Assembly: GCA_000320545.1 (NCBI GenBank)
Contig: ADNK01000490.1
Location: forward strand, 1 to 64,000
Direction of reading: 5' to 3'
Source of the DNA: Bigelowiella natans CCMP2755
Lineage: Eukaryota > Protista > Cercozoa
Length of the DNA stretch: 64,000 bases
Shown: piece after piece, positions 1-11,636 of the stretch
Position numbering within the stretch: the stretch's first letter is position 1
Layout: the number at the start of each line of letters is the position of its first letter
The notes under the pieces: generated by a model
What the model was told of the DNA's origin: nothing
The model's input: only the letters and a program-made list of their open reading frames with translations
The model's database searches: none
Translations under genes and position numbers: made by a program

Positions 1-51
1 GGGAATATAAAGAAAGAGGTCTCAGAGAAGAATGGGACCATCATCAAACAT

Positions 52-85
<34 letters not shown>

Positions 86-741
86 ACTGCAGGAAAGGCA
101 CAGAGATGTAATGATAATGATGCACACATCGCCCTCATCATGCCCATTTCTTCTACCAGCAAGAGCTGTTCCACTGACGTCATCAATAATTTCTTGAAGC
201 CTGGTAACCTGGAACCAAAGGGGGGGGTTAGAAAGGCGGGCAAGGAGGTATACATAGCTTCGCGTGGGGTGGGAGGACAGCAACCTGCTGCTTAGTGGCA
301 GCGAGATCTTTCCTCGTACGATTAATGGCGTTGAAGTTGGTTTCCATGTTCTGTTCGGAGATTCTGAGGGACTCGCGGAGTTTTGCCAGTGACTCTCGCG
401 CGGCAAGCGTCGTTGGGAATTGGTCGAGTGGATCGTCTTCGCGAAGATTCCTCAGCCTACCCACCCCCGTTGTGTGCGAAGAAGAGGGTTACACGGTAAT
501 GATGGCGCAGTGGTGGTGGTGATGATGATAGGTGATGATGCGTTTATGGCAGTAATTGTGAGAATGGTGACGATGTGATGGCGACGTGATGACGGTATGA
601 TGATATGACAATACTTTCTCTTCGCGAGCCTTTCCTCTTTTACTGTCATCCCGTAGCTGCGACGAGCAGCCTGGATGGGAAGGGAGACAAAAACGCCATA
701 CAATCATTACAACCATGGCATGATGGCATCACCATCATCAC

Positions 742-775
<34 letters not shown>

Positions 776-1659
776 ATGAAGCATATAGCCGCTTTCTACA
801 CAGTCTGGGGACGGCAGCATCTACCATCCATGCATCCCATCTCCATGCATACATAGTCCGTCTTCTTGAAGTTATCATCATTGTGGTCTCCGGCTTACCC
901 CCAATCTTGCTCGCTCAGATACAAGTCTTCGCGTGAGGCTATTCATCTCTAGGTTCTAATAAAAGGGGGTAAGGGGAGGAGGAAGAGAGGAGGAGGAGGA
1001 GGAGGAGGAGGAGGAGGAGGAGGAGGAGGAGGAAGAGGGGGAGAGAGGAATCAGCAAATGGTAGTAGTACATTGTCATGCCAAGGGCGAAGAAGTTACTA
1101 ATAACATCAAAATGTGAACATCATCGATCGATCGTGCGTAGTATCTACTACCTTTTCATTCAAGAGTGTTAGCAGTATATCCTTGGCTCCCACTGCCTCT
1201 GTGCTGCTGCTGCTGCTACTACCACTGCCATCATCACCACCACCACTCTGCTGCTGTGACTGTGCAGTACAAGTAAGAAAGTAGAAGAAAGAGAAGAAGA
1301 AGAAGAAGAAGAAGAAGAAGAAGAAGAGTGGACGACGAGTGCGACGACGGAGGAAATGTGTTGATGTTAGAAGCAGCTGCTGCAGCAGGAACAGCAACTT
1401 GTCAAGGATGAGATATGATTCTGACAGAGAGAGAATTACAAAAGGATCTCGGGATGATGAGCTCTCCACCACGGCGAGGAAGAAAACGATAACGGCAAAA
1501 GGAAAGACCGCACGCTTCTATCCTTCAAGTGGCTACTACGTGACAATTAACTACAACCACCTGCATCTCACCACCCCCACCCCCACTTCCGCGTGGTGTT
1601 CCTACTCCTTCCCATGGACTTGCTGCTTTTGTAAAGACACGGTCTGAAAGGGGGAAGAT

Positions 1660-1692
<33 letters not shown>

Positions 1693-2101
1693 GGCGATTT
1701 TGAATGGTCAAGCAGTGGAGATTAATGCTGTGGTGGTGATTTGCGGTTGGTGGTGTGCGGATTTGTGCTGATAAGGCAGAGGCACCCTGCTCCGCTTCTC
1801 TTCCCATCATCATCGATGATACTGAGGACTGATCTCGCAATAATCTGAGCAGTTGCGTGAAAGAGCACACACACACACACACACATTAATATACATATTA
1901 AACGCACCAACGAATAATGTGAGATGGGTTATTCAGAAAATGATGAAATATGTCTTGACGAGAATCCCAGATCATCAAAATGATAAAAAGAATGCTGTGC
2001 CATATGAAGATGATGGGAAAGAAGACAACAACTACCTGATCGTTTGGACTAGCTTTTTTATCTCTTTGTTCTGATAATGATGATGTTGGTTGTTCTTGTT
2101 C

Positions 2102-2140
<39 letters not shown>

Positions 2141-2163
2141 TCAGCCTCAACAAAACACACACA

Positions 2164-2216
<53 letters not shown>

Positions 2217-2768
2217 GGGGGGGGAGGAGGGAGGAAATGGGAGGACGGAACGAAAGCCAAACAACATATTTGTCTATAGCAGAGAAAAGGGTGTTCCTCT
2301 ACTACGACTATCACATATACTATAGCAGAGAAAAGGGTGTTCCTCTACTACGACTACCACATATACTATAGCAGAGAAAAGGGTGTTCCTCTACTACGAC
2401 TACCACATATACTATAGCAGAGAAAAGGGTGTTCCTCTACTACGACTACCACATATACTATAGCAGAGAAAAGGGTGTTCCTCTACTACTACTACTACCA
2501 CATATACTATAGCAGAGAAAAGGGTGTTCCTCTACTACTACTACTACCAAATATTATGACTTTATTATTCAAATGGTAGCAAGAGCAACAAATAATCTGA
2601 TCATTTTTACCATATATACAACAATGGTCTTCCAATTCTGACACACACACACACACACACACACACCACCACCACCACCTTTGCTTCGACTTGAGCTGAT
2701 TTGAGGTCAAGCTGACTCTCCATTTCCTGGAGGGAGAGTCTGATAACACGGCGAGAAATGATAGGAAA

Positions 2769-2799
<31 letters not shown>

Positions 2800-2907
2800 G
2801 CCAGGAGGAGGAGGAAGGGGAAAAGAAAAGAAGGGATAATGACTCAAAAAGAAAGAACCTCATATCATCATTTTGGTGATCCTGGTGATTCAAATATATG
2901 TGCATAT

Positions 2908-2944
<37 letters not shown>

Positions 2945-3363
2945 ATATAAATATAAATATAAATATAAATATAAATTTTCTCTGGACGTTCATGATCGAC
3001 GACCTTAGTTTTTCATTTTCATCGGAGAATCTTTCGAGCTCCATCTTAGATACCAACGTCTGCGAGCTGCTGTCGCTGCTTCTTCGTGTGCCTATATCAG
3101 CCAGCCATTCGAGGTTTCCGATGGAGTCTCTCATCCAGCTTGGCATATACGCGGTCAGAGCGGAAATATATGAGATGTTGACGCTTTCCCCTGAGAACGG
3201 TGTGCACCGACGGTGAGGGGATGATGTCGATGACGACGACGTTAATAATGAAGAAGTTGTTTATCAGCCGAGTAGTGAGTGGCATGTAGTAGGCAGCTAG
3301 TTGATTCTGATGATGGTCTGATAGGCCTTAAGAAAATAAGCAGCCATTTCTTCTTCTTCTCTA

Positions 3364-3415
<52 letters not shown>

Positions 3416-4321
3416 TCCCTCCCTTCACGTTTGAAGTTTAGTCCCGCATACACCACGATGCTAGTAGGTGTGATGATCCCGCTGAGCCATTACCTGCGGC
3501 GTTGTTGTCGGGAGAAGCGGTTCGATATGGCGAGGAAGATGAGGGCTCGAGGAAGGACAGAGGGTCGGTCAAATGCCGAATTCTCTCTGAAGGAGGAAGA
3601 ATCCAGAAGTCTGCTGATAATAACACATGATAAACGCATAGTTATTCTTCATTGAACATAGTAGTCGGACAGGATGGCGGTGATAATAATGATGGTGATG
3701 CTAATGATGATACACCTTCCTCATCATCAGTATGATGACCGTCGCCCCTTTTCACATCATTATCAATGGGTGTGCTCCTCCTCCATAATCTTTGATTGAA
3801 ACTTTCCTTCACATAGGTCCATCTTCCGACCCCCTTACTTTCGCTATCAGACGGTGATGATGATGATGATGATGAGGAGGAGGAGGAGGAGGAGGAGGAG
3901 GAGGAGGAAGAGGAAGGCGATGATGACGATACGACCGTCCTTGATCTAGATGACAAGAAGAGTTTGCAATGGTACTTCAGGAGACTTACATAGTAGTCAA
4001 AACAGTTTACGATATTTCATTTAATACGAGATCCTCTACTCCTCTCCCACCCGCAAATCATCGCTACCGAGTAAGTAAAGGAATGTTCCTCTTCTTCTTC
4101 TTCGGCATGCCGCAGAAGCGACTGCAGGACCGACGATGATGATGATGATGATGATGCCGTCGAGATATTATTGACCGAGGCCCGATGCTTCGAATTACAG
4201 TACTTATAGAGGGGTCCACGGAAGCCGTTCGACCATATCTATTCCTCCCCCGCGTGGTGGGAAGGATAGAAACCGAACATATCAACATACCGAGCACCCA
4301 TGGGCAGGGCAGTCGTAGCAT
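1..4321 (-). CDS. Multi-exon unknown protein with signal/transit-like leader and C-terminal coiled coil; 3' end outside window
   Basis: ATG at 4321 gives MLRLPCPWVLGMLICSVSILPTTRGR..., splicing in phase (CG|gt...ag|T) to RLLKYHCKLFLSSRSRT (~3990). Later exons include KMELERFSDENEKLRSSIMNVQRK (~3000), AARRSYGMTVKEERLAKRK (~640), ESLAKLRESLRISEQNMETNFNAINRTRKDL (~350) and VTRLQEIIDDVSG (~190). The internal joins were not all traced. Confidence 0.6.
2274..2554. repeat. Intronic minisatellite, 46-bp unit x6
   Basis: Unit TATAGCAGAGAAAAGGGTGTTCCTCTACTACGACTACCACATATAC starts at 2275, 2321, 2367, 2413, 2459 and 2508; copies abut with no spacers. Confidence 0.95.
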
Positions 4322-4330
4322 TTTCAAGGA

Positions 4331-4407
4331 AAACCTACTGGTTAAGACGAAGGTTCTTTAAACCTACTGGTTAAGACGAAGGTTCTTTAAACCTACTGGT
4401 TAAGACG
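4331..4407. repeat. 29-bp tandem repeat x~2.7 in divergent promoter
   Basis: AAACCTACTGGTTAAGACGAAGGTTCTTT at 4331 and 4360, partial copy at 4389. Confidence 0.95.
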
Positions 4408-5138
4408 GAGGTAGTACTTTAAGGAGAATATTCTATTAAAGCCCTGTTTCCCGTAAATCTACCCAACATTGACACCTGCTGGGCGAGTTGAAAGCTTTGT
4501 TTCGAAGAAGCTCTTCACCTAAAACGACGTTCTGCCTTCCTCATTCACAGCCATCTCGTGCTACTGGCACGAGTAATCGAATCATTTTCGCAAGCAGTTT
4601 GGTTTTTCTCTCACTGAATCGGTCAATAGTCTTTGGAGCTGTTTCCGGAGGGAGCGGGGAGTCTTTATCTTTATCTTGGGGAGGGAGAGGGTGGCACGTG
4701 TCAGGAAGAAGAAGTGGTCAACAATAGCCACAACTCGATGTGAACTACTTTTAGATGTTTCTCCGATGAAAAATGTACACGTTTAGATGTAATATTTTCG
4801 ATGTGACTCGATTGCTTACTTTCCGATGTTTCTCCGATTAGAAATAGCCGTGCAAGATATCGTCTGTTTGGACTACCCCCGGACGACGTTCCGAAACACT
4901 CCCATGCCAATGCTATCGGGGAGGGGGGATTAGAGAAGGTGCAATACAATCACGAGGTCCGCTTTGAAAGTGATTATCGAGATCTGTTCGAAATATACTA
5001 ATCGTAATGACGTGCTCCTCTTCGAGTCATAACTATCGAAATGCCATGCCCGCGTGGCTGCCGTCGTTGTCGTCGTCGTCGTCGTTGTCACCTTGCCTAC
5101 AGCCAATACGATAATATTGACCGGTTGGTGCTTAGACA

Positions 5139-5465
5139 ATGCAAGACAAGTCAACTACCTGCGACGACGTAATCCTTGGAGTTGACGGTATTATCATTCA
5201 TCTTTAGAGAATGGGAGAAAACGAGGTTAGCGATATCATCGTCCTTTTATCGATTATCCTACTACTGTACTTAGTTGCAAGCTTCTTCAGGATCGTCATT
5301 TTGTCGACTATTCTACTACTGTATACTTAGTTGGAACCTCAGGGCTGAAAGCCTCGTTGGTCTGCAAATATGGGAAGATTTTGGATCACATCACCATGGT
5401 ACTGACTATTTTGACAGTGGCGACAAATCGAGCAAGCAACTACAAAATAGAACTAATCCACATAT

Positions 5466-5507
<42 letters not shown>

Positions 5508-6473
5508 ATATATATCATTGTAGGGTTATCAACGACATGATGGCGATTACAGTGATGATGAAGTGCATTGTGGTACTAGATTGTCCATGTGCAGTCGTAA
5601 TGTTTTGAATTTTCTTGAATTGCTCTCCTCCTTTAGAAGGAAAGGAAGAGAATCCAAGTATCTGGTGGAACACATTTGTTGAGGCCGTACAAACACTTAA
5701 CAGCCGCAACAACAAAAGTAGGTACATGGTCCCAACTGAGTAGTAGTTATGGTCAAACGCAGTAATTGCGTTCGTAGATAGCAGCAAAACCTCGTTCCTC
5801 TTTGTATCTGTCATGTGATACTGCTGCAGTCCTGAGGTACATAGGTAAATAGATCCTTTGTGCGCTTTGCTCTATTTAATCCGAGGTAGAAGTCAAAATA
5901 GCGGCAGTGATCGTCACTGGCCAAATGCAAAATCTCATTCTCTTAGATCAGGTCATGGTGGTGGGTGGGTGAAAGATGAAGCGACGACAACGAAATAGGG
6001 GGGGGGGGGAGGAGCCGGCCTTCCACCATCAAATGCTATCATCCCATGTTTTTGTTGGATAAATTGCCTCCTATCTGGTCGAGATCTTGCTGCATCATTT
6101 CTCTCATATACACCATCTACAACTACTACTACTGCTACTACTACTACAATTACTACTGCTACGGCTAATATCCCAGAATAGCAAGGTGCTATGTCCGGCC
6201 ATTTTATATAGCGACTCAAGAGCAACAAAGGAAGCTTCATCGGTGGGTTTGGAGTAGATAGTTGTTATCTTTCTTTGCCCTCCTCTTTATATGCTGATCT
6301 ACCCATTCTCGATGCTAGTAGCAGATCATCGTATTTACTGCTTTCTGCCTCTCTCCTCCTCACTCAATCCCCACCCAACATAGATCGAGAAGAAGCTTGG
6401 AGGGCTGCAGAGCCTTCGTCGCAGGGTTGGCAATTGGAAAGGCGGCTTTTCAATTTTACCCAAGATGTTATGG

Positions 6474-6511
<38 letters not shown>

Positions 6512-9500
6512 CATCGTTCTCTTATTTCTCCTCTCTGACTAGCACCTTGGTTGGGAGAGGGTGGAGCAACAATAGGATACGATACAACCGAAACAACGCT
6601 ATTACTATTAACAACGCTATTACTATTAACAACGCTATTACTATTAACAGGCGAAGATGACTTCATTCTACTCTTACCAGGTTAAAAAAAATTGGCCAAA
6701 TCGATGGAAAAGGACTCGGAAAATCCTTTTGGGAGCCCATAGCTATGTGACGATGAGACTTACAAAAGCAAGATGCAGCACTTGTGACCCAACTACAGGT
6801 TGTTGTTGTTGTTGTTGCTGTTGCTGTTGTACGCTGCTTCTTCAATGTGATCTTGATGCTGCTCCTGCCTCTGATGCTACTGCAGCTATACACTCTGTGT
6901 TCTCCTCTTAGCAAGCAACTCCATTTTTTTATTAAGAAAGTATCATTCGGTGTCGAAGGAGTTGTCTTTGCCTCGTTGTCTCCCTTACCGGCGATAAGGC
7001 TACAATGCTCATGAATTATTACTACCGGAAATGATGCGTGTATGTTAGCATGTACCACCGGGCTACAGGATGCCACAAACCCGCTACATTGGCACGATCT
7101 CAATGATCAAGTATGTCAAACTGTTTCGAATTCCACTAATTTCTACTTCTTCTACTGCTGCTGCTACTGCTACTGCAACTGCAACTACTGCTATTCACTA
7201 ACGTTGACTCGCAGAAGTAAGTGGTATCAATAGATTTCTATACAGTCGTGTGGTGGTGGTGGCACACAACTACGCCTTGCAGAACATCACCCCCCATGAC
7301 ATCACCTTCGTCCTCGTCGAAACCCGTCTCACTGCGCTCCACTGCAAACGCTCACCACCAGGTTCTGGAAGGCGTGCGGCAGCTTCTCCCACCGATCTAT
7401 CCCGCTGACAAAAGTATTGGCATCGTAGATTCCAAGGTCACAACTCTCTGATCCTCTCACACAGCACACAGCACACTCACACTCACACTCACACTCACAC
7501 TCACACACGCGCGCACGAGCACCAATTTCGACAAACTGCATACTCTAACTGCATCCACGGAGTACCAGACACATGTGCTATTTTTTCTCGCCATCATCAT
7601 CATCATCACCTTTCAGTTCTCCAGAAAGTTCCAGATTTTCCCGAGAGACGAAGAAACCGCTGTCTTTGTGGGGTCCGGCGATCTAGGTAGCATTTGTTCC
7701 TATGAGTCTCATGCGTCCACAGAGAAGGGGAGGGGGTCGGTGGAGTGGTATGGCTATTTCGTATGTATTTTGGTCGTCACTGCTTGCCTGCCTGGATATC
7801 TGTTTGTCCTGTATTACATCGCCGAAAACACAAGGCTCTGTCACAATCGGTGCTGGTTCAGGCATTCCAGGTCGCAATACTAATACAACAACGACTACTA
7901 CAACAGCTTAGTTCTATTTCATTCTACTGAACCCCCCCTCCCCCCCTTTGTAACATCTAGAGCATCTAGAGATTGATTGACTGCCTGTTACGATAGGAAA
8001 GTACGTGTATGGATATATCGGCACGTCTGGTTGGGTCGCTCATACAACTACGAGCAAACTGAAGAAAGGAAAGACGATGACGACGACGGCAGCAACGAAG
8101 GATAAAGTGACCACGCCAGCGACAGTTACAACATTGTAGTACACAGTAAATATGCACACATGTGCACAATTTTCTCTCATACGACATTTCCCTTCAAGCG
8201 TACACATGCTGTGATTCGAATCGTTTTGCCGTATATTATATCAAAACAATTAACTTCTATGTGGATTACAATCCATCCCGCCCTTTCTCCCTGGTAGGCA
8301 GGAAAGAATTGCCTTAACATCTAGTGGTGAGGTTAAAAAGCACCAACAGAGTCTTCATCATCAACCACCTGAGCAACAGCTGCCAGGGGTATTCTTGCTC
8401 AGCCATCCGTGCGACACTTCCCTCGTCATTAAAGCTGCTTCTTGCATCACTGCGTGGTGAGTAGTTGTAGTAGTTGTTGTGTGTTGTAGAAGAAGAACCA
8501 CCTATTCTCCCTCTGGTTTTGAAGCAGCAGCGAGGGTAGATCATTGATTGCAAAGCAACCAAGTATTCTTGTGTTTAGAGAGTGAAGTAGCGATGGCAGT
8601 GGCTCGTTGGCGCATACGACGAAGTAACTTCACCCAGCGCTCCGGCTCAATTTCTGTCCCCCCCTCTTTTTTTACTTTCTTAGTGGAAATATTGAATGGA
8701 TAAGAAAGGCCGTTGGCGCTTTTGACTGCGAGAAGGAGGCGGGTAGTAGCTTGCATCGTTGAGCGGAAATCGGGGAGTTTCGGGAGTCGAGGGAAAAAAT
8801 AGAGGAAAAGTGTTTGCGTGTGCATGCGTGGGAGGAATGGGTATTTCATGGAGACCGATTTGGTTTTGTCCTGAGCCCATAACATCCTCCCGATCCCCCT
8901 CCTCCTCCGCCTCCTTAACAAAAAAGGAAAGAAGGTCAGCTACGAAGACTTCGATAAAGCCTGTATGAGGAGCGCTGCAGGTGAGAACACTTGCATGTCA
9001 TATTACTACCGCCGATTACTGGCAGCTTCTCATCGGCGGACTTATGATGATAATGATGGCGATGATGTGTCACCTTACTACCAAAGTTATGTCGGTGCCC
9101 AAATATATATTGAAGACAAGATTATTAGGATGCAACGGCGTTTTGTACCTTCCATGGCTGAACGGTGAGCGATCGCCGTTCACAAACCCTACTGCTAGGG
9201 CATGTTTCATCGGCATCAACTCAGACACTTCAAAAGGTACTTCTAGTAGTAGTAGTAGTAGTAGTAGTTGTTGTTGTTGTTGTAGGTCATATCTGTTTTC
9301 CTCCAAGTTAAACATATCTCCTAACGACGCTTTAAATTTTTTCCAAACACTACAGCGGATATGTACCGAGCTGTCGTCGAAGGAATATGCTACAGTTACA
9401 AGAGCCTAGTCACAGTTCTCAATCTTATGGTTAGTGGCGCTCGTGATGATAGTGGTTATTTTGATTTTGCTTCCTATTCATTTCGGAGACTGCACGAAAA

Positions 9501-10240
9501 TGGGGAAATATAGGAGGGGGGGGGGGCGGGGGAGACCGATAGAGGGAGTTAGCAGAATAGATCGAAATATGAGGGTGAAAAGCTTCCTTAAATTACATTG
9601 GTCGTCAGCCTTGTGATTTTGTCCATAACCACCAGCACAAGAAAATAACAAATGTCGTTTTGTCAGGATGACATCAAGGATGGCTTCATGGTCGTTGGTG
9701 GTGCTACCAAAAGTCGAGTTTTTATGCAGATCCTCAGTGATATTTTAAGGGTGCGTGGTTTTTTAAGATGATGAGGAGAGTAAAGGCAACGAATAGGATC
9801 ATGAAGGCTACACCAAGAACTACATTTTTCACCACGTTACTTTTAGTTGTGCGAATAATTGTAAAAGGTGAAAGTGATTGCGATCCCGAATTCGCGGAGT
9901 GTGGGGACAGTTGGCGCAGTGATAATGGCAGGAAAGAGCCTAGGATGGTTCGTCATTCGCATCCTTTCTACATCATGTTTCACCATCCCAAAGATGACAA
10001 TAAGTTATTTCTAGGTATAGTTCACTCAGGCCAAATCGATTATTTTCTCAAGAGCATTTCAAAAATACGGATAAAACTACAGTAGTTGATGACTCGGCAG
10101 CATGTGTTTGCTATGAACCGTCTAGCAAAGCAAAGGACAGTAGAATACACGCGGAGCGTTACAAAATTTACAGTGGGCTTTCGGAGATCTTGAAGGGCAC
10201 TTTCTCTAGGTTGTTGGAAGTGTCCTTTCCTGTCGCATAG
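5139..10240 (+). CDS. xylB: FGGY-family carbohydrate kinase, xylulokinase (XylB)-like, ~18 exons
   Basis: Spliced motifs: VILGVD|VGTSGLKASLV, EENPSIWWNTF, IAAVIVTGQMQNLILLD, ILPKMLW|VKKN, FVGSGDL, YIGTSGW, VLYLPWLNGERSPFTNPTARACFIG, MYRAVVEGICYS, VVGGATKSRVFMQILSDIL, GTVGAVIMAG. Stop TAG at 10238-10240. Confidence 0.88.
6591..6648. repeat. 18-bp tandem repeat x3 (intronic)
   Basis: AACAACGCTATTACTATT repeated three times. Confidence 0.9.
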
Positions 10241-10531
10241 AAGCATTGACAGTCATCATCATGCTTAGCTAGTTAGGCTTTGACCAAAGTATCGTTACCG
10301 CTTGCGATTTGCACGGATGCCCTGGCAATCGTTGTCACCGCCCAGCTAGCCAGCTCACAGTCCTAGACTGCATATGCCTGCATGATGAATCCTCAATAGA
10401 TTGAGCGTCAACATCCGTGTACTAGCTAGCTAGACATGCTAGCATGCAATTCAGACTAGTCCGACAATGCCTAAAATGCGTAACTGTCTAGACCGCGTGT
10501 AGCGCGAATTGCAGACACGCCACGTTATTGT

Positions 10532-10574
<43 letters not shown>

Positions 10575-11636
10575 ATCATATGCGTTGTGAACAGTGTCTA
10601 TTGTGCGACAAACTTCTGCTCGATTAGCTTGTTCGATTTCACCAAAGCTGCAAAGCTAGCCTAGTGCAGTAGCGCATGCAATGTGCGCAACACGGGCGGC
10701 AGAATGCACAAACGAAATGATGCGATCTAGCGATGATGATCACAACGTTAAATGTTGTTATTGTGTGCAGCTTTTGCAATGCAATTTCGGCACAATTGTT
10801 CACAGCGGCACATGCCATCCAAATAGCTATGACATGCATTTATATACATTGCACATCAACGCCGCTTGCGCGAGGAATCACAGCTCACTAGCTGCCACGC
10901 CACACGTACATGCAGTGATGTGCAACGACGCCTATGCTAGGACGAAACGAAAATATTGACTCGGTAGGACGAAACGATCGAAAAGATTGACTTGCGATGA
11001 GAAGGAAACACGCACTGCTGCGCGAGCATGCGCGACATTCAAGACCGAAATAAACAACATGCATTTGATCGTATGATGACCGAATGACCGAAACACATCA
11101 CACATAGCTAGATAACGCGGAGACCAACAGATTCAACATTAGCGCTGTATGTAGCCGCTGCATTGCACAGCTACGAACATGAGGATGACCATTGATCAAT
11201 TTTAATTTGTCATATTTGATTGATTACCTTCGTCTTACATGCCATCTAGCTATGATGCATTACGCATGCGACTGCATTAGTGCGCGCGCGTGCGTGCGTG
11301 CGTGCAGATGATGGACATGCATATGCGATTACAACTAAATGAAGCTTCATAATATATCGTGTTATGTTGGGCACATACAGGCCGACTTAAGATAACACAA
11401 TAGTGGCATTGTCTAAGAAAAAATTTGCTACTCCAGTTACAACTAAATGCATCAACACGTTTAGATGTACCTTGGCGAAAACAGAGCGGAAAATTTCATT
11501 ATATCATGGAAAATTCATATATCCAAAAAAATTTTGGTCCTTGCGCTATAGATCAGGTAGATTAAGCTCATGTCACCTGCAAGGAACTACTATCACCTGT
11601 AAAATGAATAGAAAAATCAGGCTTCAAGATTGAAAC

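Noticed and set aside
2274-2554. Possible CRISPR array
   Set aside because: Units abut with no unique spacers, there are no cas genes, and it lies in a eukaryotic intron.
5102-5188. In-frame TGA (possible selenocysteine or readthrough) in a xylB exon
   Set aside because: Another frame (TMQDK...VILGVD) is open and supplies the FGGY motif.
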